A stretch of 39,453 nucleotides of DNA from an uncultured Rhodospirillaceae bacterium (GTDB lineage: Bacteria; Pseudomonadota; Alphaproteobacteria; TMED109): the NCBI GenBank assembly GCA_964576635.1, contig CAZNVN010000003.1:4168-43620 (forward strand), read 5' to 3'. The notes beneath the pieces are model-generated. The model was not told the origin of the DNA. It did no database searches and saw only the letters and a list, made by a program, of their open reading frames with translations. How positions within the stretch are numbered: position 1 is the stretch's first letter; every line of letters starts with the position of its first letter. Of the stretch, positions 29,059 through 37,615 are shown piece by piece. The translations under genes were made by a program, and so were the position numbers.

Positions 29059-29748
29059 TTAATTTTTATTCCAAATCGATCCAGAAATGTTTTTTATAAA
29101 TTTATTGTGTTGTTCAATTTCAGTTTTGCTCAGCTTTATAATAACTTTTTGTCTTTTATTTAAATTTTTATTATGTAACAAATGATTTGAATCTTGAGAT
29201 TCTATTTTGTTATTCAAAGTAAAGCGTCCTTGACGACCTCCTGTTAATTCTAAATAAACTTCAGATAGCAATTGCGCATCAAGAAGCGCACCATGCATTT
29301 TCCTTTTAGTCAAATCAATATCAAACCTCTTACACAATGCATCTAAACTAGCGGGAGCTCCTGGTGTTGTTTGCCTTGATAATTGAACCGTATCGATTGT
29401 GTTTTCGATATCTAATAAAGAAAAATTAGCCTCTGCCAATTCATGGTTTAGAAAGCCTATGTCAAATTTTGCGTTATGAATAACCAAAGGATCTTCTTTT
29501 AAAAAATTAAGAAAGCTTTCTGCTATTTCTTGAAAAACCGGTTTATCTAGCAAAAACTTTTCCTCTAGCCCGTGCACGGCAACGGCTGCTTCCGGAATGT
29601 TTCTTTTGGGATTCAAATAAGTATGCCACTGCCTGCCAGTAGGAATGTTATCTTCTAGTTCCACGCATCCTATCTCAACAATCTTATGTCCTTCTTTCGG
29701 ATTAAGGCCCGTTGTTTCTGTATCTAACGCTATTTTTCTATTTATCAT
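29059..29748 (-). CDS. dnaQ: DNA polymerase III epsilon subunit (3'-5' exonuclease)
   Basis: The ORF contains the Exo I motif IALDTETTGL, the Exo II motif VIHNAKFDIGFL and the Exo III motif HGALLDAQLLSEVY. Confidence 0.9.
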   Translation of the reverse strand: MINRKIALDTETTGLNPKEGHKIVEIGCVELEDNIPTGRQWHTYLNPKRNIPEAAVAVHGLEEKFLLDKPVFQEIAESFLNFLKEDPLVIHNAKFDIGFLNHELAEANFSLLDIENTIDTVQLSRQTTPGAPASLDALCKRFDIDLTKRKMHGALLDAQLLSEVYLELTGGRQGRFTLNNKIESQDSNHLLHNKNLNKRQKVIIKLSKTEIEQHNKFIKNISGSIWNKN

Positions 29749-30343
29749 TTAGAGCCCTATCTATTACAAATTTTATTTGATTTCTAGTCTGACGGAAGCC
29801 TAATCCTGTTTTAACAATATAATCTGCCAATTTAATTTTTTTCTGTTCTGGCGTTTGTTGTCTCAATATATTTTCAAACTTGGCTTTATTCATATTTTTT
29901 CTCTTCATAGCCCTTTGTTTTTGAAGGAAAAAAGGCGCCGTTACTACAATAACTATATCACATTTCTCGTCTCCTTTTGTTTCAAACAATAAAGGAATAT
30001 CATAACAAACTGCTCTTAACCTTCTTCTTTTTGCCCATGCTAGCCAAGACGCTCTGCGCTTGTTTACCTCTGGATGAATTATTTGTTCTAATCTTTTTCT
30101 TTTCACTTTATCTGAAAAGACAATTTCTCCTAGAATTTTTCTATCTATATATCCTAGACCGTTTGTTTTTACATAAGAAGCAGGAAAATGTTTTGCAACT
30201 ATGCTCACTTTGAGTCCCTTAGGACCTAATAAACTGTGAACACAACGATCCGCGTCAATATCAGTGATCCCCTGCTCTTCCAAAAACTTTGCAGTAGTAC
30301 TTTTCCCCATAGCTATAGAACCTGTAAGCCCTATAATTATCAT
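29738..30343 (-). CDS. coaE: Dephospho-CoA kinase
   Basis: The ORF has the P-loop IIGLTGSIAMGKST and DIPLLFE. It overlaps dnaQ by 11 nt. Confidence 0.9.
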   Translation of the reverse strand: MIIIGLTGSIAMGKSTTAKFLEEQGITDIDADRCVHSLLGPKGLKVSIVAKHFPASYVKTNGLGYIDRKILGEIVFSDKVKRKRLEQIIHPEVNKRRASWLAWAKRRRLRAVCYDIPLLFETKGDEKCDIVIVVTAPFFLQKQRAMKRKNMNKAKFENILRQQTPEQKKIKLADYIVKTGLGFRQTRNQIKFVIDRALNDK

Positions 30344-30357
30344 CCTGTTATCCTAAA

Positions 30358-31206
30358 CTAAAATTGTTTCAAAACTATTTTTCTCAGCTTATTGTTTACT
30401 GTTACGTTCGTGCCGTACCACATAGTAAATGCCGGCACAGCTTGATATAAGAGCATACCTAGCCCACCCAAAGCATTAAGGCGCAGTTTTTCTGCCGCCA
30501 TTATCAAATCCGTTCTCATAGGCAAATAAACTAAATCATACACTATTGCATTTTTGTTGAGCAGATCCAATTTTATGTTTAAAGGAGGTTGCCCTGTCAT
30601 TCCCAAACTAGAAGCATTTACCAACAATATAGCATTTTTAATAACAGATTCATAGTTTGCCACATATTCCAAAGAAGCATGAGGAAAATAGTGCTTCATA
30701 TCTAGAATTAGGGCCAGCGCTCTTTTCTGACTACGATTTACTATTTTTATTTCATAAATATTTTTTTCTAATAACGACCAAACGACAGCCCTGGCTGCTC
30801 CTCCTGCTCCTATAATAACCGCGCTTCCTTTTCTTTCTGCCCATTTAGGGATGCTTCTATTTAGATTTTCTATAAAACCAAAAGTGTCTGTATTAAAACC
30901 TAGCGTTCTCTTTTCTTTTATCAGAACCGTATTAACTGCCCCCAAAGCTTTAGCTTCTTTGCTAACTTCATCCAGAAAAGGAATTATGCTGCTTTTGTGC
31001 GGCAGAGTTACATTAAATCCAACAAAATTTTCTTCAACAGCCTTTTTAACAAAGAGGGGGAGCTCCTCTCTCTTTATATTATAAGCAGAATAACGAGCAG
31101 AAATATTGCTCTGCCTCATCCAGTATTGGTGGATGAGAGGAGACAGGCTGTGTTTTATAGGAGAGCCGATTATTCCTGCATTGCGTTTATCGCTCTTAAG
31201 AATCAA
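30358..31206 (-). CDS. aroE: Shikimate dehydrogenase
   Basis: The ORF contains GIIGSPIKHSLSPLIH, NVTLPHK and GAGGAARAV. Confidence 0.9.
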   Translation of the reverse strand: MILKSDKRNAGIIGSPIKHSLSPLIHQYWMRQSNISARYSAYNIKREELPLFVKKAVEENFVGFNVTLPHKSSIIPFLDEVSKEAKALGAVNTVLIKEKRTLGFNTDTFGFIENLNRSIPKWAERKGSAVIIGAGGAARAVVWSLLEKNIYEIKIVNRSQKRALALILDMKHYFPHASLEYVANYESVIKNAILLVNASSLGMTGQPPLNIKLDLLNKNAIVYDLVYLPMRTDLIMAAEKLRLNALGGLGMLLYQAVPAFTMWYGTNVTVNNKLRKIVLKQF

Positions 31207-32038
31207 TGTTTTTTCTTTCTTTAAATTGTCTCAAAAGATCTAAGACTGCCGCTGCTGTTTCTTCTATGGACTTTCTTGTTACATCAATTATCGGCCATCG
31301 GTTCTTTCTAAATATTTTTTTTGCCCTTAATACTTCTTCCTCTATCAGCTCTTCATTCACGTATCCGGTTTTTCTTTGCTCTCCTACTGAATTTAGTCTT
31401 GATTTTCTTATTTGCTTAAGGCGAACGGGACTGGTGGATAGCCCTACGACAAAAAGTGCTTTTTCTTTTAATATTTCTGGAAGTTCCACTTCAGGAACAA
31501 TAGGAACATTTGCAACCTTTATGCCTCTGTTTGCTAAATACATCGCCGTGGGTGTTTTAGATGTACGGGAAACTCCTATCAAAATAATTTCTGCTTCTTT
31601 TAAATTGTGTATTTGTTGTCCATCATCATGAGAAAGAGTAAACTGCATCGCTCCTATTCTATCAAAATATCCTCCAGAAAGACTATGCTGTCTTCCAGGC
31701 TTATCTATTGCCAACTCATACTTAAAGTATTCCTCTATAGTCATAACGACTTGATCCAAAATAGGAACGGCTGGTATTCCATGTTTTTTACATCCTTGCT
31801 CTAAAATATTTCTGATATTTTTGTCTATTAGAGTATATATAACTAGGCCTTTGTTTTCTTTAATTTCTTCTAAAATTTTTTTAATTTGATCTGCAGACCT
31901 AACTAGAACCCAGTTGTGTTCTATCGTATCAAAGTCTTTGAAGTGTGCTCCTGCAGATCTTGCAACAGTGCTTACTGTTTCTCCAGTAGAATCTGAGATA
32001 AGATGTATGTGTATTTTTTTTGTATTATTTTTAATCAA
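31196..32038 (-). CDS. DUF299 bifunctional kinase/pyrophosphorylase (PpsR / PPDK-regulatory-protein family; RP001/CC0001 homologue)
   Basis: The ORF contains HLISDSTGETV and the GVSRTSKTPTAMYLA P-loop. It starts at TTG and overlaps aroE by 11 nt. Confidence 0.85.
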   Translation of the reverse strand: MIKNNTKKIHIHLISDSTGETVSTVARSAGAHFKDFDTIEHNWVLVRSADQIKKILEEIKENKGLVIYTLIDKNIRNILEQGCKKHGIPAVPILDQVVMTIEEYFKYELAIDKPGRQHSLSGGYFDRIGAMQFTLSHDDGQQIHNLKEAEIILIGVSRTSKTPTAMYLANRGIKVANVPIVPEVELPEILKEKALFVVGLSTSPVRLKQIRKSRLNSVGEQRKTGYVNEELIEEEVLRAKKIFRKNRWPIIDVTRKSIEETAAAVLDLLRQFKERKNIDS

Positions 32039-32286
32039 GCGTCTTTTCTTTTAGTTATTAATCATTTCTTAAAAACTATAAAGCTATAATAAACATGTTA
32101 GTCCTTCACTTTTAATCCAATGAATTACCTTAATAATAATTTTTATACTAGAAAAAGCCATGTTATAGCAAATGGACTACAACTTTTATTTTTGTTAATA
32201 AAATTTAATCCCCATATATCTATTATCCTACTACTACTAAATAATATATATATATATTAATATTATAAATAGATAAGGAAAAACTT
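32039..32286. other. Candidate chromosomal replication origin (oriC) in the DUF299/hemE intergenic spacer
   Basis: This is the largest non-coding gap in the window and a strand-orientation switch point. It contains TTAA-N7-TTAA at 32058-32072. DnaA-box-like TnATCC 9-mers occur at 32113-32121, 32206-32214 and 32223-32231, followed by (CTA)4 and (AT)7 tracts. See the findings. Confidence 0.5.
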
Positions 32287-33339
32287 GTGTATGAAAAACA
32301 ATCTTCCTCTTTAATAAATACTATTTCTAATAAAAATAATAAAAGCACTCCTATCTGGCTTATGAGACAGGCAGGAAGATATTTGCCAGAATATAGAAAA
32401 ATAAGAGATAGAGAGGAAAGTTTTTTGTCTATCTGCTTAAATGCCAAACTTGCTTCTGAAATAACACTACAGCCCATAAGAAGATACGATTTAGATGCTG
32501 CGATTGTATTTTCTGATATTTTAACTATTCCCTTGGCTTTAGGAAAAAAGGTAGAATTTAAAGAAAATGTAGGACCGGAGATAGAGAGGATTCTAGATAA
32601 AAAGGAGATAGAAAAGCTAGAGCTTCAAAGGAGGGAGTTTCTAGAGCCAGTTTATGAAACGCTGGAAATAGTTAAGAGAAAGAAACCAAAAGAGTGTGCA
32701 CTAATTGGATTTGCAGGAGCTCCCTTTACTTTGGCCGCTTATATGATTCAAGGATCTGGTGAAAAAAACTTTTCTAAGTGTGTTTCCTTTTTTAAAAGGG
32801 AGGAAAGAGGGTTTTTATTATTATTAGATAAATTAGCAGACCTAACAGCGCGTCACTTAATAAACCAAATAAAGTCAGGAGCAGAAGTCATTCAAATTTT
32901 CGATTCTCATGCAAAAATTGCAGCAACAAATAATAAGCTTAGGGATTTTTGTATAAAGCCTGTTGAGAAAATAATAAAGAGAGTTAGAAAGGAAGTTAGG
33001 AATAGCTATATAATCTGTTTTCCCAGGAATATAGGAATAAATTACATAGATTATGCTGCTAATTTAGAACTAAATTGTATATCTTTAGATCAAAATGTGG
33101 ACAGAAGATGGGCGATAGAAAACATTAAGCCTAAGAATCAAATAAGATGTTATCAAGGGAACCTAGATCCTAAAATTCTTGCTAAGGGTGGAAAAAAAAT
33201 GCAGGAAGAAATACATAAAATTCTAAAAGACTTTACTGGTGTGAATCATATTTTTAACTTAGGGCATGGAGTTTTAAAAGAAACTGCTCCCGAAAATATT
33301 ACAAAATTAATTAAAATTATTAGAGATCAGGAAAAATGA
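32287..33339 (+). CDS. hemE: Uroporphyrinogen decarboxylase
   Basis: The ORF contains PIWLMRQAGRYLPEYR, IVFSDIL and GFAGAPFT. It starts at GTG, and its TGA stop overlaps the hemH ATG (ATGA). Confidence 0.92.
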   Translation: MYEKQSSSLINTISNKNNKSTPIWLMRQAGRYLPEYRKIRDREESFLSICLNAKLASEITLQPIRRYDLDAAIVFSDILTIPLALGKKVEFKENVGPEIERILDKKEIEKLELQRREFLEPVYETLEIVKRKKPKECALIGFAGAPFTLAAYMIQGSGEKNFSKCVSFFKREERGFLLLLDKLADLTARHLINQIKSGAEVIQIFDSHAKIAATNNKLRDFCIKPVEKIIKRVRKEVRNSYIICFPRNIGINYIDYAANLELNCISLDQNVDRRWAIENIKPKNQIRCYQGNLDPKILAKGGKKMQEEIHKILKDFTGVNHIFNLGHGVLKETAPENITKLIKIIRDQEK

Positions 33340-34385
33340 AAAAGAAAGTAGCTGTAGTTTTGTTTAATTTAGGAGGTCCAGATAAACTTTCTTCTGTTAA
33401 GCCCTTTCTCTTTAACTTGTTCTATGATCCGGCTATAATTAGCGCCCCTCGTCCTCTTCGATATTTGTTGGCTAAATTTATTTCTACGAAAAGAGAAAAG
33501 ATCGCTAGAGAGATATATTCTCATTTAGGAGGAAGATCTCCGATCTTAGAGTTAACGAAATTACAAGCAAAGCAATTAGAAAAAAAGTTAGAAAAAGAAA
33601 ATGATGATTATAGAGTATTTGTTTCGATGAGATATTGGAAACCTCTGGTTCAAGAAACGCTGAAGGAAGTTATAAATTGGGCCCCAGATGAAAGCATATT
33701 GCTTCCTTTGTATCCTCAATATTCTTCTACTACTTCGGGCTCTTCCCTGTCTTCGTGGAAAAAGGAAACAGAGAAGCAATCATTTTCTATTCCTACTAAA
33801 ATAATATGTTGTTATCCCAAAAACGAAAAATTCATACTAGCGCATGTTAAAAGTGTTAAAAAAATATTAACGCAAGTGAAAATAAAAGATAACAGTTTAT
33901 CAAATACAATTTTGTTGTTTAGCGCACATGGTTTGCCAGAAAAAATTATAACATCAGGAGACCCTTATCAGGCCCAAGTCGAATCTACCGTGAAGGCGAT
34001 AGTCGAAAAAATAGAAGATAAAACTTTAAAGCATATAATTTGTTATCAAAGCAAAGTTGGCCCACTAAGATGGCTTGGGCCCTCCACTGAAGAAGAAATA
34101 ATTAAGGCGTCAAGAAATAAAAAAAACATCATAATTATTCCTGTAGCCTTTGTTAGTGAACATTCCGAAACATTAGTGGAGCTCGATATAGAGTATAAAA
34201 AAATAGCAAAAAATTATGGTTGTTTGGATTATTATCGTGCTCCTGCTTTAGGCACAAATGTTGATTTTATTGAAGCTCTCTCTGATTTGGTTAGATTAAA
34301 AAATAAAAATACAATTAATATTTTAAATAAAAAAATATGTTCTAAGAAATACAAAAAATGTTTTTACAATGTTAGAGAAAATTAA
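33336..34385 (+). CDS. hemH: Ferrochelatase
   Basis: The ORF contains VVLFNLGGPD, LYPQYSSTTSGS, FSAHGLP and FVSEHSETL. Confidence 0.92.
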   Translation: MKKKVAVVLFNLGGPDKLSSVKPFLFNLFYDPAIISAPRPLRYLLAKFISTKREKIAREIYSHLGGRSPILELTKLQAKQLEKKLEKENDDYRVFVSMRYWKPLVQETLKEVINWAPDESILLPLYPQYSSTTSGSSLSSWKKETEKQSFSIPTKIICCYPKNEKFILAHVKSVKKILTQVKIKDNSLSNTILLFSAHGLPEKIITSGDPYQAQVESTVKAIVEKIEDKTLKHIICYQSKVGPLRWLGPSTEEEIIKASRNKKNIIIIPVAFVSEHSETLVELDIEYKKIAKNYGCLDYYRAPALGTNVDFIEALSDLVRLKNKNTINILNKKICSKKYKKCFYNVREN

Positions 34386-34823
34386 ATGGATTTTTATTTA
34401 TACTTTAAAGCAATTCATATTATAGCTGTTATAAGCTGGATGGCAGGGATGTTATATTTGCCGAGACTTTTCGCTTATCATTGCAACAAAGGAAATACAA
34501 AAGAAACGAATAAAATATTTGTTTTGATGGAAAAAAGATTATTAAGATATATTATGAATCCTGCTGGGATTTTAGCTTGGGGTTTTGGCCTTGTTTTGTT
34601 TTTTCATCCCTCTGCTAATGTAGATCCTTTTTCTTTATGGTTTTTAATAAAAATTATTTCTGTCTTTTTTATATCAATCACGCATGTTTATTTCTCTTAT
34701 TGTAGAAAAAAACTAGAATTTGATAATAATTTTAAAAACCCGAGATTTTATAAGATTCTTAATGAGATGACCACTGTTTTCATGATAATTATAGTTATTA
34801 TGATTGTGGTAAGGCCATTTTAG
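34386..34823 (+). CDS. hemJ: Protoporphyrinogen IX oxidase, HemJ type
   Basis: The 145-aa membrane protein contains KAIHIIAVISWMAGMLYLPRLFAYH. Its ATG immediately follows the hemH stop. Confidence 0.82.
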   Translation: MDFYLYFKAIHIIAVISWMAGMLYLPRLFAYHCNKGNTKETNKIFVLMEKRLLRYIMNPAGILAWGFGLVLFFHPSANVDPFSLWFLIKIISVFFISITHVYFSYCRKKLEFDNNFKNPRFYKILNEMTTVFMIIIVIMIVVRPF

Positions 34824-34834
34824 GAATTAATATT

Positions 34835-34863
34835 TTGACAATTTTGTTTTTTTACTAATAATT
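34835..34863 (+). promoter_or_regulatory. Possible sigma70 promoter for rho, followed by a leader of about 85 nt
   Basis: TTGACA at 34835-34840 is followed, after 15-17 nt, by a TAATAAT block (34856-34862). This is only a sequence-pattern match in AT-rich DNA. Confidence 0.3.
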
Positions 34864-34946
34864 AGAATAAGTTTGTTTGTTTTCAAGGCCCATCTTAATT
34901 TCTTTCAATTTATAATAATATATCTGTCCGTATTTAGGAAAACTAT

Positions 34947-36212
34947 ATGCACTTAAAAAAATTAAAGAACATGCCCCCATCAGACCTCATTAAGTTTGCA
35001 GAAGAGAATGGGATAGAGAACGCTTCCAATAGAAGAAAGCAAGACTTAATGTTTGTGGTTCTTAAAACTTTAGCAGTAAAAGGGGATATTATTAATGGGG
35101 ATGGAGTAATAGAAGTTTTACCGGATGGGTTTGGCTTTTTAAGGGCGCCAGAAAGTAATTACTTGCCTGGGCCAGACGATATTTATGTTTCTCCTTCTCA
35201 AATAAGAAAGTTTGGACTTAGAACAGGCGATACCGTGGAAGGCGAGATCAGACAGCCTAAAGAAGGAGAAAGATATTTTGCTCTTTTAAAAATTGATAAT
35301 ATTAATTTTGATCCACCTGAAAAAGTTAAACACAAAGTTCATTTTGAAAATTTAACACCCCTTTACCCTGAGCAGAAGATTAAACTCGAAACAGAGACAA
35401 AGGCCCCAGACAAAAGCAAGGATAATTCATGTCGAGTCATTGAGCTAGTAAGCCCACTAGGAAAGGGGCAAAGAGGGCTAATCGTTGCCCCTCCTAGGAC
35501 GGGGAAAACAGTTTTGCTTCAAAATATTGCTCATTCTATAGAAAAAAATCATCCAGAAATTTTTCTTATCGTTCTTCTGATAGACGAAAGGCCTGAAGAA
35601 GTTACAGATATGCAAAGGTCGGTTAAGGGAGAAGTCGTTTCTTCTACTTTTGATGAACCGGCGATGCGACACGTCCAGGTTGCAGAAATGGTTATAGAAA
35701 AAGCTAAGCGTCTGGTAGAGCACGGAAAGGATGTTGTGATTTTATTAGATTCAATTACTAGACTAGGTCGTGCTTACAATACCGTTGTTCCTTCTTCTGG
35801 TAAAGTATTAACCGGCGGTGTGGACGCAAATGCTCTGCAGAGGCCCAAACGTTTTTTCGGGGCAGCTAGAAATATAGAAGGTGGAGGCTCTCTTACTATC
35901 ATAGCCTCAGCTTTAATTGAAACAGGCTCTCGTATGGATGAGGTCATTTTTGAGGAATTTAAAGGGACAGGAAACTCGGAAATAGTGTTAGACAGAAAAC
36001 TTGCTGACAAAAGAACTTTTCCGGCAATAGATATAGCAAAGTCTGGAACAAGAAAGGAGGAGCTATTAGTAGAGAAAGGCGCTCTTTCCAAGATGTGGAT
36101 GTTAAGAAGAATTTTGAGTCCAATGGGCATGAGTGATGCTATGGAATTTTTAATTGATAAACTTAAGAGCACTAAAAATAATTCCGAATTTTTTGATACG
36201 ATGAATCAGTAA
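34947..36212 (+). CDS. rho: Transcription termination factor Rho
   Basis: The 421-aa ORF contains GFGFLR, the Walker A motif [17 protein letters not shown] and [18 protein letters not shown]. Confidence 0.97.
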   Translation: MHLKKLKNMPPSDLIKFAEENGIENASNRRKQDLMFVVLKTLAVKGDIINGDGVIEVLPDGFGFLRAPESNYLPGPDDIYVSPSQIRKFGLRTGDTVEGEIRQPKEGERYFALLKIDNINFDPPEKVKHKVHFENLTPLYPEQKIKLETETKAPDKSKDNSCRVIELVSPLGKGQRGLIVAPPRTGKTVLLQNIAHSIEKNHPEIFLIVLLIDERPEEVTDMQRSVKGEVVSSTFDEPAMRHVQVAEMVIEKAKRLVEHGKDVVILLDSITRLGRAYNTVVPSSGKVLTGGVDANALQRPKRFFGAARNIEGGGSLTIIASALIETGSRMDEVIFEEFKGTGNSEIVLDRKLADKRTFPAIDIAKSGTRKEELLVEKGALSKMWMLRRILSPMGMSDAMEFLIDKLKSTKNNSEFFDTMNQ

Positions 36213-36217
36213 TTGTG

Positions 36218-37615
36218 TTAAAGAGAATTTATAAAATCTAACAATAGCTTTCTTTCTTCTTTTTTTAGTTTAGTAAAACGCTCCTTTGACTTTTTAGCCT
36301 CTCCTCCGTGCCATAAAATCGCTTCTTCTATGGATTTAGCTCTTCCATCATGTAAGAATCTGGTGTGCTTGTTAACGATCTTGACTAGTCCAATTCCCCA
36401 GAGAGGAGCTGTCCTCCATTCTTTCCCAGATGCTTCAAAATCGGGAAGATGATCCGCCAAATCCTCTCCTAAGTCATGTAATAAAAAGTCTGAATATGGT
36501 TTTATCGTTTTGTTCGCCAATTCTTTGTGACTTGTGTTTTTGCTAGTTTTAAAAGTAGAAATATGACATTTTTGACATCCAATGGATCGAAACAAGCTTT
36601 CGCCTTTTAATATACTGCTGTCTTCGGAATTTCGTTGTCTAGGTACAGCTAACGTTTGCATATAAAGCAATAATCTATCTACTTGTTTTTCTGTTATTTC
36701 TGTTTTCCCACCAGTAGGCTGCTCTTGACACTTTTTCTGTTTAGATAAACAATTCTGATTGGGAAAAACTTTTGAAGACAGGCCCATATCTTCGTGTGCT
36801 GCTCCCAATATTTGGTGTAATAAGGACCCTCTTGATGCTTTCCAGCCAAATCGTCCAATTTTGTTTGTTTTAGAGGGCTCGTCCCAGACAATGTTGTATT
36901 TTCCGGATATCCCGTCTTTATTTTTATCGTTAGGATCTGCATTCTTTTTTATTGTTTCAGAATCGATCGCTTCTATCAATCCTAATCCAAAAACAGAAGG
37001 GGCAACACGAGGAGATATTTGGGTTTTTTCATTAAATGGGCCAAAAGACAAACGCTTAGGTCGGTATAGCGGCTCTGATAGAAGAACTGCTTGTCCGTCT
37101 GGGTAGATAATCTTTTTTAAACTATATGTTATTTCTATTTTCCCCTCATAAGGAACTCCTAATATAGCTTTATCGTTTAGTTGAACCCCGTAATTTGGGT
37201 CTGGGTAAGCTTTGTTGTCTTTTACAAGAGCCAGTTTAAAAACCATAGATCTTAATTCTTCTCCTTTGGCCGGAGGTTTCCCTCTTCCGTCTTTCACGTG
37301 GCATCCGGAACAACTGTTTCTATTAAAGACAGGACCCAGTCCGTCGATACTTTTTACGGAACCAGGTGCAATAACCCAGGTCCTTCTAAATAGATGCCGG
37401 CCGCCAGTAAACATTCTCATTTTTGATAATTCCAGGGAGGGAATTGGAGCAGAAAAAGATTCTCTAGTTTGTTTTTTTATAGAAACTTCACTGTCCATTT
37501 TGGAAGATATATTTTCATCAGTTTTGCCATTATTAATATAAATAAATAACGGCAAAAAGATAAAACTCAGTAGAAAACTACTTATATATATTATTCTGAA
37601 ATTATTACTTGCCAA
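36218..37615 (-). CDS. DUF1111 di-haem cytochrome c peroxidase-like protein ('thiol oxidoreductase')
   Basis: The 465-aa ORF has an N-terminal signal anchor and two CxxCH haem motifs (CSGCH, CQKCH). The TTG start overlaps the imelysin gene end by 25 nt; the start is uncertain. Confidence 0.8.
   Translation of the reverse strand: MASNNFRIIYISSFLLSFIFLPLFIYINNGKTDENISSKMDSEVSIKKQTRESFSAPIPSLELSKMRMFTGGRHLFRRTWVIAPGSVKSIDGLGPVFNRNSCSGCHVKDGRGKPPAKGEELRSMVFKLALVKDNKAYPDPNYGVQLNDKAILGVPYEGKIEITYSLKKIIYPDGQAVLLSEPLYRPKRLSFGPFNEKTQISPRVAPSVFGLGLIEAIDSETIKKNADPNDKNKDGISGKYNIVWDEPSKTNKIGRFGWKASRGSLLHQILGAAHEDMGLSSKVFPNQNCLSKQKKCQEQPTGGKTEITEKQVDRLLLYMQTLAVPRQRNSEDSSILKGESLFRSIGCQKCHISTFKTSKNTSHKELANKTIKPYSDFLLHDLGEDLADHLPDFEASGKEWRTAPLWGIGLVKIVNKHTRFLHDGRAKSIEEAILWHGGEAKKSKERFTKLKKEERKLLLDFINSL

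Noticed and set aside
32120-32477. Small ORFs in or across the putative origin spacer: a 46-codon plus-strand ORF at 32120-32260, and the 84-aa minus-strand ORF at 32223-32477.
   Set aside because: They are Leu/Ile/Asn/Tyr low-complexity translations of AT-rich and microsatellite DNA. They have no RBS, and the minus-strand ORF overlaps the conserved 5' end of hemE.
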